From the NCBI GenBank assembly GCA_963823665.1, contig CAWGMQ010000004.1:2016001-2080000 (forward strand): 64,000 nucleotides of DNA. Direction: 5' to 3'. The DNA comes from an uncultured Planctomycetota bacterium (GTDB lineage Bacteria > Planctomycetota > Planctomycetia > Isosphaerales > Isosphaeraceae). A model generated the notes under the pieces. The model had not been told where the DNA came from. It did no database searches and saw only the letters and a program-made list of their open reading frames with translations. The position numbers were made by a program, and so were the translations under genes. Within the stretch, counting starts at the first letter, position 1. The number at the start of each line of letters is the position of its first letter. Positions 1-9,161 of the stretch are shown here, one piece after another.

Positions 1-291
1 GCCTCGGGCTAGCCGCCACCCGTCTCGTCCTTCAATGTCGGTTCGGCACCATTGTCACGCTCATGGGCGGACAGATTGTGGATACGCCGATGAGCGAGAA
101 TGTCGTGGCGACGAAAACACTCGACCTCGCATACTACGATGAGGCTGCGGCATTTTTCTATTAAACGATGCGAAACGTCGCCTCGGCACGGCGTTACTGC
201 GGTGCAGGGCGTGCGTACGCTCGTGGGTCGGTGACCAACGAGGTCGAGCATCCGTAGGTGCGTGTCGCTCGGATGAGACGCGAGGCCAATC

Positions 292-1758
292 ATGCCGGTA
301 TCCTTTACACGCCTGCCCCTGCAACTGAATCCCGATCCGCAGCGGGTGATATCCAGATTGTTCTGTCCGGGCGATATCAAGAGATCCCGCGACATTTTCG
401 CCCGGGTCGAGGCGTTTCCCGAGGAAGAAGTCGAAAAACTGCTGGCGGGTCTCGAGCGGGATTTTACCCGCCAGCACGCTGACCTGCGCGGTGTCTTCGC
501 CGAACATTATGAAGAAATCCGCACCATGATCGGTGCTCCACTGGCGGAAAGCCAGGCACGCCGACTGCTCTTGGGCGCCTACTTTACAATGGACTACGCA
601 CTTGAATCGGTCGCGCTTTTCAACCCGTCGATCGTGCCGGCGATCATTCAAGACGACGTTCCACAAGGTTCGATCCGGTTTCTGATGAGCTTGCGCGCCA
701 CGGGCGAGGGACATATCTCGTCGATCGTTTTCCGCATCGGCATCATTACAGCAGACGGCGACGTCCAACTTGAACCTGCAGGGTCCTACAGCCTGCCGCT
801 CAAGGCGACTGTGCCCGATGTGTTCCTCAAGTCGACTCTCGCGCGCGACATGGTTGCAACCGGGATTGCCGAAGAGAAATGCCGCGTGTTTCTGGACCGT
901 CTCGACAGCCGGTTCACGCGTGACCAGCTCGCCCAGGCGATTGAAGCCGCTCGTCGGGAGCAATCATCCTCAGGCGCGCTTGAAGAATCCGCTGACACGC
1001 TCATCTCCGTCACCCGCGTCAATCATCAGCTTCACCTCCCCCACAGACCGCCGGTCTTCCGAGAAGTTGAGATCGTCATCTTTCCGTTCTCCGATATCGA
1101 ACGGCACGGCATCGAAGATTTAAGACTGGTGCGATTCACCGAAGCAGACGGTAGCCACATCTACTACGGTACGTTCACGGCCTACGACGGCGGTCGTGCT
1201 TTTCCCCAGATGTTCCAGTACGCAGGCGGTGACACGATCGACATCAACCTGATCACCGGTGAATGCGCCAGGAACAAGGGAATGGCTCTCTTCCCGAGAA
1301 GGATCCACGGCCGGTTCGCCATGATCTCGCGGATCGACAATGAGAACCTTTATTACATGGAATCGGACGACGTGCTGTACTGGAATGAAGCGCAGATCAT
1401 CCAGAGGCCCCATTACCCTTGGCAGGTGATCCAGCTCGGGAACTGCGGCTCACCCATTGAGACCGAAAAAGGGTGGTTGCTCCTGACTCACGGCGTAGGG
1501 CCGATGCGGCAGTACTGCATCGGGGCTTCTCTGTTCGATCTTGATGAACCGTGGCGGCTGATCGGGCAGACTCACGACCCCTTGCTCGTTCCCACCGATC
1601 ACGAACGATCGGGTTACGTGCCCAATGTGGTCTATTCATGCGGAGCGATGGTGCACAACGGGAACCTGATCGTTCCTTACGCGATGAGCGACCTGTCGAC
1701 GAGCGTGGCCAAGATCGACTTGAGCGAGCTGCTGGACGAGCTGGTGCCGGGATCCTGA
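292..1758 (+). CDS. Glycoside hydrolase family 130 protein (PH1107-like glycosidase/phosphorylase)
   Basis: 488 aa; motifs ALFNPS, GIEDLRLVRF, YYGTFTAYDG, NKGMALFPR, QLGNCGSPIET, GYVPNVVYSCG typical of GH130. Confidence 0.85.
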   Translation: MPVSFTRLPLQLNPDPQRVISRLFCPGDIKRSRDIFARVEAFPEEEVEKLLAGLERDFTRQHADLRGVFAEHYEEIRTMIGAPLAESQARRLLLGAYFTMDYALESVALFNPSIVPAIIQDDVPQGSIRFLMSLRATGEGHISSIVFRIGIITADGDVQLEPAGSYSLPLKATVPDVFLKSTLARDMVATGIAEEKCRVFLDRLDSRFTRDQLAQAIEAARREQSSSGALEESADTLISVTRVNHQLHLPHRPPVFREVEIVIFPFSDIERHGIEDLRLVRFTEADGSHIYYGTFTAYDGGRAFPQMFQYAGGDTIDINLITGECARNKGMALFPRRIHGRFAMISRIDNENLYYMESDDVLYWNEAQIIQRPHYPWQVIQLGNCGSPIETEKGWLLLTHGVGPMRQYCIGASLFDLDEPWRLIGQTHDPLLVPTDHERSGYVPNVVYSCGAMVHNGNLIVPYAMSDLSTSVAKIDLSELLDELVPGS

Positions 1759-1778
1759 GACACAATTCGGAGTGCTGC

Positions 1779-2750
1779 TCAGCAAGCGCATTCGAGCACG
1801 GCTCCCCGATTGGCTGCCCTCGTACAGAAGATCGACGATCGCGAGAGACCGAATCTCGCTCGTAGTCGATCCGCGAGGCGGTCAATCTCGGATTCCGGCA
1901 ATTCGCTGAACGCGTAAATCGTTGGACCCCATGAGCTCTGGCCCGTCCCCACAAAGCCCAGGGTTTTCAGCTCGTTCACGATGAGCGCGGCCTGAGGTGT
2001 GGCGTAGATTCCGCCTTGCGCAGGCGCAAAGGCTGCGCCGACGCGCTCTTGCAACTCACCCAGGCCGGCGCCGAAGGCTTCCAGGTCATGCTCGAGCACC
2101 GCAGGGAGGATCTCGATCAGCACGAGTCGGCAAAGCGCATCGACTGCATCTCGGGAGATAGGTGGCAGCTTGGCAAACGCGTATCTCTCGTCAGATCCAT
2201 GAAGGCCATTCACTCCGGGGGGCTGTACAATAAGGATCGGCCACTCTTCGGGAAAACTCGCACGAGCCAGTAGTGGAGGGATCTCGCCCTCACGCTTTCG
2301 GCCCCCGTCAACGATCAAGCCGCCGTGCTGAAATCCATGCAGACCGATGCCCGAACGAGCGCCCCTCCCGGTGAGATTGGCGAGTCCCGCCGGCCCTGGA
2401 TCAGGAAATCCGGCGAGCTCGAGCAGGCCGCGCGCAACCGCCAGCGAGAGCTGTGTGCCTAATCCGAGTCCGACGTGCTCTGCCGGGGCATGCCTGAGGC
2501 AAACTCGAGCCGGGGGCAGTACTCCTCCACATGCGAGCACGCGTTCACGAAGCCGGGCGATGATTGCCTCGAGCCGACCGGTCAGCGGTCCAAGGGCGCC
2601 CCATGATGGGGCACGCTCGACGGAAACCTCGACGCCCGGCGAGTCAATCATCAGCCCGATGCCGCCGAACTGCCGCAGGACCTCTGGCCCCCACCCGAAC
2701 AGACCGAAGTGCAGGCGGCTCGGCGTACGGATCTGAATAAACTCGCTCAT
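1779..2750 (-). CDS. mptG: Beta-ribofuranosylaminobenzene 5'-phosphate (beta-RFAP) synthase, GHMP kinase family
   Basis: N-terminal TPSRLHFGL, HVGLGLGTQL, GRGARSGIG, GGLIVDGG, GQSSWGPT; clustered with other H4MPT genes. Confidence 0.9.
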   Translation of the reverse strand: MSEFIQIRTPSRLHFGLFGWGPEVLRQFGGIGLMIDSPGVEVSVERAPSWGALGPLTGRLEAIIARLRERVLACGGVLPPARVCLRHAPAEHVGLGLGTQLSLAVARGLLELAGFPDPGPAGLANLTGRGARSGIGLHGFQHGGLIVDGGRKREGEIPPLLARASFPEEWPILIVQPPGVNGLHGSDERYAFAKLPPISRDAVDALCRLVLIEILPAVLEHDLEAFGAGLGELQERVGAAFAPAQGGIYATPQAALIVNELKTLGFVGTGQSSWGPTIYAFSELPESEIDRLADRLRARFGLSRSSIFCTRAANRGAVLECAC

Positions 2751-3361
2751 GGAGTCGGGGTCCGGCCAGGGTCCGGTAGAGCGCCCTGGCGCACGGCTGC
2801 ATCGCGAACGTGGCGGTGCAAGAGCGTGAAAGCCGCGCGCTCCCTCGGACCTCCGGTCTTGTCGACAAGAACAGCCAACTTCTGGAACTCCGCGAGCATT
2901 CCGTCGAGCGCGAGGAACTCGGTGCGAGTGGCCAGGATTGCCGCCTCGAGCACCGCGTGCCGAGCCCGATTAAAGCCGAAGAAGTCGCGCAGCCTGCCCT
3001 GAGCGGCGGTCTCAGCAACGATCATCGTGCGATCGTCTCGATCGTCCAGCTCGGCCACCCGAAACTCGTAATAACGGCACGCGTCCAGGAGAATTCGCCC
3101 GGCAATCACGTCTGCCGGCCGCGTGGCGGGTGGGGGTATAGCAGTAACTCCGATGGCTGTCTGAGCCAGGAGGAGCACATCGTCGGTGACGTGAAACACG
3201 CCCTCGCCGCGTGCTTTCAGATTTTGATAGGTTGTTGATGATCGGTAAGGACGAAGCTCAAATCTCGCCAGGTTCGTATCAGGGTCGACGCGCGGGCCCA
3301 TGGGCGCGATGTTCAGCGTGGCGTCATGGTTGAGCGTGGTCACGATCCCCTCGAGTATCAC
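2747..3361 (-). CDS. DUF447 family protein (Orf21-like, H4MPT biosynthesis cluster)
   Basis: ILEGIVTT...NIAPMGP, GFNRARHAVLEAAILATR; ATGA overlaps with both neighbours. Confidence 0.8.
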   Translation of the reverse strand: MILEGIVTTLNHDATLNIAPMGPRVDPDTNLARFELRPYRSSTTYQNLKARGEGVFHVTDDVLLLAQTAIGVTAIPPPATRPADVIAGRILLDACRYYEFRVAELDDRDDRTMIVAETAAQGRLRDFFGFNRARHAVLEAAILATRTEFLALDGMLAEFQKLAVLVDKTGGPRERAAFTLLHRHVRDAAVRQGALPDPGRTPTP

Positions 3362-4818
3362 GCCGGACCCTCGCCTTTTTCTTCGAGATCCTCGACCGCA
3401 GTGATCTTCTCGACCTGATTCTCCGTGCGCTCGGCACGCTCACGTTTGCGATCGAGTTGACTCGACTCCGGCTCTGTCAAAAAGCCCCAATCCATAGCTC
3501 GATCCTGGCGATAATTCTTGCTCAGCGTCAAGGCGGTTTTCGCCTTCATCATCTCATATCCCAGGTAGAAAGCGTGGGCCGGCTCCGTCACGCCCATCTG
3601 TTCGAAGAGCGCGAAAGGGTCGGTATCACTTCGCAATTGCTCCTTGTTCATCACCACGATCCTTCCCGCCTCGGCAAAGATGCGCCAGTTGGGATCACGG
3701 ATCCGCCGCTGAATCTCGGCCAAACTGTCGGCACCGAATTGCACGACCCGTGGATCGCGCAGCATGAGGAGGCGGGATTCCACATTCTTGGGTAGCGCGC
3801 GGTTCAGCACCGCGTAACGCGCGAGCCGCCGGGCAACGTCGATCTCACGCACTGACGACCGCGCCCAGTTGATCACCGCCGTCGTCAGGACAGCTCGAAT
3901 GGAGAGCTCCTGGCAAAACCCGATCAAGATCGTGTTGACGCCCGCGGAGTCGACGTCGGTGAGCTCGGTCAGATTCCCCGTTCCCATGATGATCCCTGAG
4001 TCAGGATAGCAACGGCGCACTTCGAGATAGCGGCCCAGCGACGCAGCGAAGCCAAAACCAATCGGTTCGAGAATCGGATCAACCCTGAATCTCACGCCTT
4101 GGCCGCTCAGGTACTCGATCGTGGCGTCAAGCCCCTCGAGTGAGCCAGGCTCGTCGGGAATCGCCACCACTTCGACACCCCAGTCAACGGCCTGCGCCCG
4201 ATTGGTTGCGTTCACGCTCAGGACAAGCTCGGCGCCCGCCGCGGATGCCGCCCGTGCCTCAATCGGGTTGAATGTGTCGATCGAGACGCGCATTCCCTGA
4301 TCTCGAAGCATCTTCACCGCACGATCCAACCCGGCCCAGGTTGTGCCCGGATCACAACCCAGATCGATCACGTCAGCCCCTTCATCATGAAGTTTTCTGG
4401 CCTGTCGAAGCAGTTCGTCGACTTCGAGCCGCGGGGCATGATTGATCTCGGCAAGGATCTCGATATCGTACGCACCATAGCCGCCCGCCTTGCCGCGCAC
4501 TTGCCCGAAATGACGAGGCAAGTCACGCAGGTCTTCCGGACCTGACTCAACGGGTACTCCCCGCGACCGCTCGAATATCGGTGCAAAATCACCCTGGCAC
4601 ATTCCCGGCAGAATTACCTTTTCGACACCCTCCGGCACATCAAGGTGACGGGCAACCCACTGCGGTGTCATGAGCGCCGCGACCGAGATCGGCAAAACAG
4701 CCACGTCGGCTCGAAAGCCAGCTCGAGGTGCCAGGTCAAGAAGCACCTGTCGAAGCGCAAATTCGGCCAATCGCCCGGTGACAAAAAGATAGCGAGGCGT
4801 GTCTTTCGCCTCCGTCAT
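3358..4818 (-). CDS. Dihydropteroate synthase-like protein (DUF6513 + pterin-binding + DUF4346-type C-terminus; Orf20-like)
   Basis: FVTGRLAE N-terminus, GADVIDLG, SIDTF, DPILEPIGFGF, GNLTELTDVDSAGVN, HAFYLGYE...YRQD. Confidence 0.85.
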   Translation of the reverse strand: MTEAKDTPRYLFVTGRLAEFALRQVLLDLAPRAGFRADVAVLPISVAALMTPQWVARHLDVPEGVEKVILPGMCQGDFAPIFERSRGVPVESGPEDLRDLPRHFGQVRGKAGGYGAYDIEILAEINHAPRLEVDELLRQARKLHDEGADVIDLGCDPGTTWAGLDRAVKMLRDQGMRVSIDTFNPIEARAASAAGAELVLSVNATNRAQAVDWGVEVVAIPDEPGSLEGLDATIEYLSGQGVRFRVDPILEPIGFGFAASLGRYLEVRRCYPDSGIIMGTGNLTELTDVDSAGVNTILIGFCQELSIRAVLTTAVINWARSSVREIDVARRLARYAVLNRALPKNVESRLLMLRDPRVVQFGADSLAEIQRRIRDPNWRIFAEAGRIVVMNKEQLRSDTDPFALFEQMGVTEPAHAFYLGYEMMKAKTALTLSKNYRQDRAMDWGFLTEPESSQLDRKRERAERTENQVEKITAVEDLEEKGEGPA

Positions 4819-5588
4819 CGTATGGCACCACCATTAACGCGAATGGATTGCCCGGTGAGGAACGCAGCCGAATCGCTGACAAGAAAGCACGCGACGGCGG
4901 CAACATCTTCCGGCGTGCCCCACCGCGATAGCGGAGTTTCTGCAATCACGCGGTCCTGCCAGGCTCTTGATGCGTGCTCGCCCCAGGCTGTCTTGATCCA
5001 TCCGGGGGCAAGCGCATTTACTCGTACCTTGGGCGCCAGGCTGAGCGCCAGACTGCGCGTGAACGACAGGATTGCACCCTTGGTTGCCGCGAACAACTCG
5101 CCCGAGTCACCCCCCATGCCCGTCTCCGCCTGATCCCATCCCATGGTGATGATTGAGCCGGACCCTTGCGAAACCATGCGACCACCGACGTCTCGACAGA
5201 GCCTGATCGTGGATGCAACGTCCACATACCACAGCCGGTCGAGCTTGGCATCAAAAGAGAGTTTTGCACCTTCTCCAGTCAGCGTATCGGCGCCAGCCAG
5301 ATGAAGCCAGGCGTCAAGGCCACCCCACGACGACCACGCGTCTTGCACCAGTGTTTCGCCTGCGGCGCGATCAGCCAGATCAGCCAGAAGCAATTTTGAC
5401 CTGCGTCCCATCTCGCGGACCAAACCGGCGACGTCCTCACCAGCCTCTCGAGAACTGCGCCCGTGAACGATCACGTCGGCACCTGAGGCTGCGAGCGCTA
5501 GTGCCACGGCCCGGCCAATGCCTGAAGTTGATCCCAGTACAATAGCCCGTTTCCCCCGTAAATCGATCATTGGAGGGCCAGACGTCAT
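4815..5588 (-). CDS. SDR family oxidoreductase with atypical active site (FxxxK); pteridine-reductase-like
   Basis: LGSTSGIG Rossmann motif, VIVHGRSS, VRVNALAPG, FLTGQSIRVNGG; start at 5588 or 5570; stop overlaps the DHPS-like start (ATGA). Confidence 0.85.
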   Translation of the reverse strand: MTSGPPMIDLRGKRAIVLGSTSGIGRAVALALAASGADVIVHGRSSREAGEDVAGLVREMGRRSKLLLADLADRAAGETLVQDAWSSWGGLDAWLHLAGADTLTGEGAKLSFDAKLDRLWYVDVASTIRLCRDVGGRMVSQGSGSIITMGWDQAETGMGGDSGELFAATKGAILSFTRSLALSLAPKVRVNALAPGWIKTAWGEHASRAWQDRVIAETPLSRWGTPEDVAAVACFLVSDSAAFLTGQSIRVNGGAIR

Positions 5589-5702
5589 TATTGCAAAACC
5601 TGCCCTGGTGGCTGGCCCTCGATCGCGATCGTCGCTTAGATTCGTCGTGTACTCTTCTGCGTCTCCTTGACGACATTCTACGAGTCCTGGTCGAGTCCGC
5701 AC

Positions 5703-6881
5703 ATGGGCAAGGTTCTTGCACGACTCAAGCAGACCGTGATGGCGCTCCGGACCGCCTGGTCCATTGCTGGCATCACACTCATTTTGTTGCTCTTCTTGGA
5801 AACCGGGCTTCGCATCGGTTTTGCGTTACGCGATCGACTGGTCGCGCCGGAGTCTCCCGATCGCCGAATTCTGGAAGAAGGCTACGAAGGAGCGACCTGG
5901 CCCAGGAAGCACTATCACGAAATCGAATCGCTCGAGGAACGCTGGCAACCGTATGTCTATTTCCGGCCCAAGCCATTTCGAGGCGAGACGATCGCCATCG
6001 AACCGGACGGTTTACGGGCCACCTGGCAGCCTGATCACTCATCGCGCCAAAATGCCGGCAAGAAAGCGGTCAAGTTACTCTTGCTGGGTGGCTCGTCGCT
6101 ATGGGGCTTCGGTGCTCGGGACGACCACACGATTCCGTCGCTGCTGGCGCGCAAACTTCATGAACGCGGACTGAATGTCGAGATCAAGAATCTCGCGGAA
6201 TTGGGATACGTCTCGACTCAGGAACTGATCGGGCTTATCGGTGAGCTTCAACAAGGATACCGCCCAGACTTCGTGATCTTTTATGACGGCGTCAACGACA
6301 CCACGTCAGCCCTGCTCGCCGGCGAAGCGGGCTTGACGACGAATGAATCGAACAGACAGCGCGAATTCAACCTCCTGCAATCGCCGCGCAGGCTCGCCGC
6401 CACGCTTGCTGTAAAGCTCCTGGTGGACTCAAGCTCTTACCGGCTCGCTCGATCCCTCAGGAGCCGGCTCAGCCGAACTGCAGCGATTCCGGGCGCACGT
6501 ATTCCCGATGATTCGATGCGCAGTCTGGCTCGCTCGGTGGTTGAGCGATACGCCGCAAACGTCCAGATCGTCGAAACGCTCGCCCATGGTTATGGTTTCC
6601 GCCCGTTGTTCTTCTGGCAGCCCACGATCTTTGACAAGGTCGAGCTCACCGCAGTCGAGCGCGACGAAGCGCTAAAATACGCATGGACCGAGCCTGCCTT
6701 TCAGATGGTCTACCAGAGGATCCGCGAGTCGCGCGTATTACAGGCCGATCCGGTTTTTCATGACTTGAGCCGGATCTTCGCAGACGAGAAGAAACTCACT
6801 TTCATCGACTACTGTCACACCACCGAAATAGCAAATGGCAACATCGCCGAAAAAATGGCTGCTGCAGTGCTCTCGCCTTGA
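5703..6881 (+). CDS. Membrane-anchored SGNH/GDSL hydrolase family protein
   Basis: N-terminal TM helix; LGGSSLWG (block I), FYDGVND (block III), IDYCH (DxxH). Confidence 0.75.
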   Translation: MGKVLARLKQTVMALRTAWSIAGITLILLLFLETGLRIGFALRDRLVAPESPDRRILEEGYEGATWPRKHYHEIESLEERWQPYVYFRPKPFRGETIAIEPDGLRATWQPDHSSRQNAGKKAVKLLLLGGSSLWGFGARDDHTIPSLLARKLHERGLNVEIKNLAELGYVSTQELIGLIGELQQGYRPDFVIFYDGVNDTTSALLAGEAGLTTNESNRQREFNLLQSPRRLAATLAVKLLVDSSSYRLARSLRSRLSRTAAIPGARIPDDSMRSLARSVVERYAANVQIVETLAHGYGFRPLFFWQPTIFDKVELTAVERDEALKYAWTEPAFQMVYQRIRESRVLQADPVFHDLSRIFADEKKLTFIDYCHTTEIANGNIAEKMAAAVLSP

Positions 6882-7043
6882 ACGAAGGGACGTGAAGAGG
6901 AACGAATCAGACAGGCCAACGGCTCGAGCCCTATCGAGCGCTCCACGTTTGCAAACGCGCACGTAAGCAGGGACCGCCAGGTTGCCGGAATGGCCCGGGC
7001 GGTCCCTTCTCCCAGGAGCACGCACCCTTTTGCAGTCCGGACT

Positions 7044-7743
7044 TCACGGTAGGGTGGCCGCCACGACATGCACCGCCCCGTCGCGCACCGTTCGTACCGT
7101 CATCTGGAGCGCCCCACCCGCCGGGACATTGGAAATGATCCAGGTGAGATTGCCGTGCTGCTGGGTGAAATAGCCATTGGCGGAGTAAATCACGTCGCCA
7201 GGCTGCAGGCCGGCTTGCTGGGCGGGTGTGCCTGCATAAACCTGGACGACTTGCATGCCACTGCCATTGGCATCAGCAAACTGCTGCTCGTCGATGCCGA
7301 GATAACGCCCCTGCGCTGGTCACTGCATAGTTAATCGCAGGTTGCTGCACGTAACCTTGCGAATAGCCGTAATTCGGATAGGCATAGCCGTTGTTGTAGT
7401 AATCGTACGGGTAGTAATTGCCATACCCGTAGCCGTAGCCGCCGTAGCCATATCCCGAGCCGTAGTAACCGCCGTAAAAGCCGCCGTAGAAGGGATAATA
7501 GTAGCCACCGCGGTTATACCCGCCGCCACCGTAAGAGCCACCACCGTGGTACCCACCGCCGCCGTGATATCCACCACCCCCGCTGTGACCTCCGCCTCCG
7601 TGGCCTCCGCCACCTCCGTGGCCACCGCCGCCCCCGCCACCGCCATGCGCATAGGCGGATGAGCCAGTGACAATCCAGGCGGCGAGTGCCAAGCCGAGGA
7701 GTGCCATGGGTAACCTCGCGCCGCGCCGCATTGGGCAGTCCAT
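7044..7743 (-). CDS. Secreted Gly/Tyr-rich protein with C-terminal PDZ domain (one frameshift near 7320)
   Basis: GAGGAG RBS; signal peptide ending SAYA; GGGYH/GYG low-complexity tract; after a 1-nt shift reads RYLGIDE...GTPAQQAGLQPGDVI (PDZ). Confidence 0.75.
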
Positions 7744-8093
7744 CGTAGTGCTCCTCTTTACCTCTCGTGGTGATTCGAATCGGGAAGGAAGACCGCCAAC
7801 CCGGAGGCCTTTTCGAGTTTCACGACCCCTCGATATCCTGGTTTACGATCGCGCCGACACGGTGGTGCAATGTGTTTCCAAAATGCGCCGAGATTTTTCC
7901 GGCCCAGCCTCACTCGCCTCACACCAGTGCTCGGCGCGCCGCCTTGAATAGCCTGCGGCAAAACTGCCGGCTGCAATCGACCCGTCGTCGTTCTACCACT
8001 ACACGTGCCTTACGTGCTACGATTCTCGCGAGCTCGCCGCTCTCGAGACTTGCGGCACAAACGATCGCATTCCTTTCCCCCCTTCTTGATTTG

Positions 8094-9158
8094 ATGATGA
8101 ACACCAATCGACCGTATGAAACTGAGTTGACGGTTGCGATCCGGGCGGTGCGCATGGCGTCGCGCCTTTGCCAGGCCGTTCGGGCTGAGATTTCACCCGA
8201 AGTCCTGGACAAGAAGGACAAGAGTCCCGTCACGGTAGCCGACTTCGGCAGCCAGGCCCTGATCTGCCGGGCCCTCCTGGAAGAGTTTCCGGACGATCCC
8301 GTCATCGCCGAGGAAGACTCCGCGGAATTGCGGTCGTCGGAAAATCGTTCTATTCTGGACCGTGTGCTTCACAGCGTGTGCGCGGCAACTGAAGCCGCGA
8401 GCGACAGTCGAGACGAAATCCGTCCAGAACACATCTTCAAGTGGATCGACCACGGCGGGACGGCGCAGTACAGCGATCGGTTCTGGACCCTGGATCCCAT
8501 CGACGGCACAAAGGGCTTTCTCCGAGGCGGCCAATACGCTGTCGCGCTGGCCTTGATCGTCCGTGGCGAAGTTGTCGTCGCGGCGCTAGCATGCCCTCAG
8601 TTCGAATTCCTGACCGGTCAGGGACCTCAAGAAGACCAGCCCGCCAGCGCGAAGTCGCTCGGTGCGCTTTTCACAGCCGTGAAAACCCAGGGCGCTTTCG
8701 CACACCCCATGGAGTCGCCCGGTGGTATCGAGCCTCTGGCTTCGCGGCTACAGGTGAACGACACGGATGATCCGGCTGAGTTGCGGTTCTGCGAGTCGAT
8801 CGAATCCGGCCACAGCGCACACGGAGATGCCGCCCGGTTAGCCGAGCGATTGGGAATCACCCGGATACCGCTCCGCATGGACAGCCAGGCAAAGTACGCC
8901 GCCATTGCATGTGCTCAAGCCGAGATCTACCTCAGGCTTCCCACCAGCGCAGATTATCGCGAGAAGATCTGGGATCACGCCGCCGGAGCGCTGATCGTCG
9001 CGGAGGCCGGCGGCACCGTCACCGATATTCACGGCCGTTCGCTCGAATTTCATCATGGTCGCGAGCTCACTGCCAACCGAGGTGTAATCGTTAGCAACAG
9101 CAAGCTTCATACCAGCGTGATCCAGGCGATCGAGCAGTTCGGAATCGGCTCGGCCTGA
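8094..9158 (+). CDS. 3'(2'),5'-bisphosphate nucleotidase, HAL2-like inositol monophosphatase family
   Basis: KSPVTVADF, IAEED, WTLDPIDGTKGFLRGGQYAVALAL, MDSQAKY, EKIWDHAAG. Confidence 0.9.
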   Translation: MMNTNRPYETELTVAIRAVRMASRLCQAVRAEISPEVLDKKDKSPVTVADFGSQALICRALLEEFPDDPVIAEEDSAELRSSENRSILDRVLHSVCAATEAASDSRDEIRPEHIFKWIDHGGTAQYSDRFWTLDPIDGTKGFLRGGQYAVALALIVRGEVVVAALACPQFEFLTGQGPQEDQPASAKSLGALFTAVKTQGAFAHPMESPGGIEPLASRLQVNDTDDPAELRFCESIESGHSAHGDAARLAERLGITRIPLRMDSQAKYAAIACAQAEIYLRLPTSADYREKIWDHAAGALIVAEAGGTVTDIHGRSLEFHHGRELTANRGVIVSNSKLHTSVIQAIEQFGIGSA

Positions 9159-9161
9159 TGC

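Noticed and set aside
7390..7650. GCC/GTA-rich tandem-like DNA repeats
   Set aside because: Explained by Gly/Tyr codons of the PDZ protein
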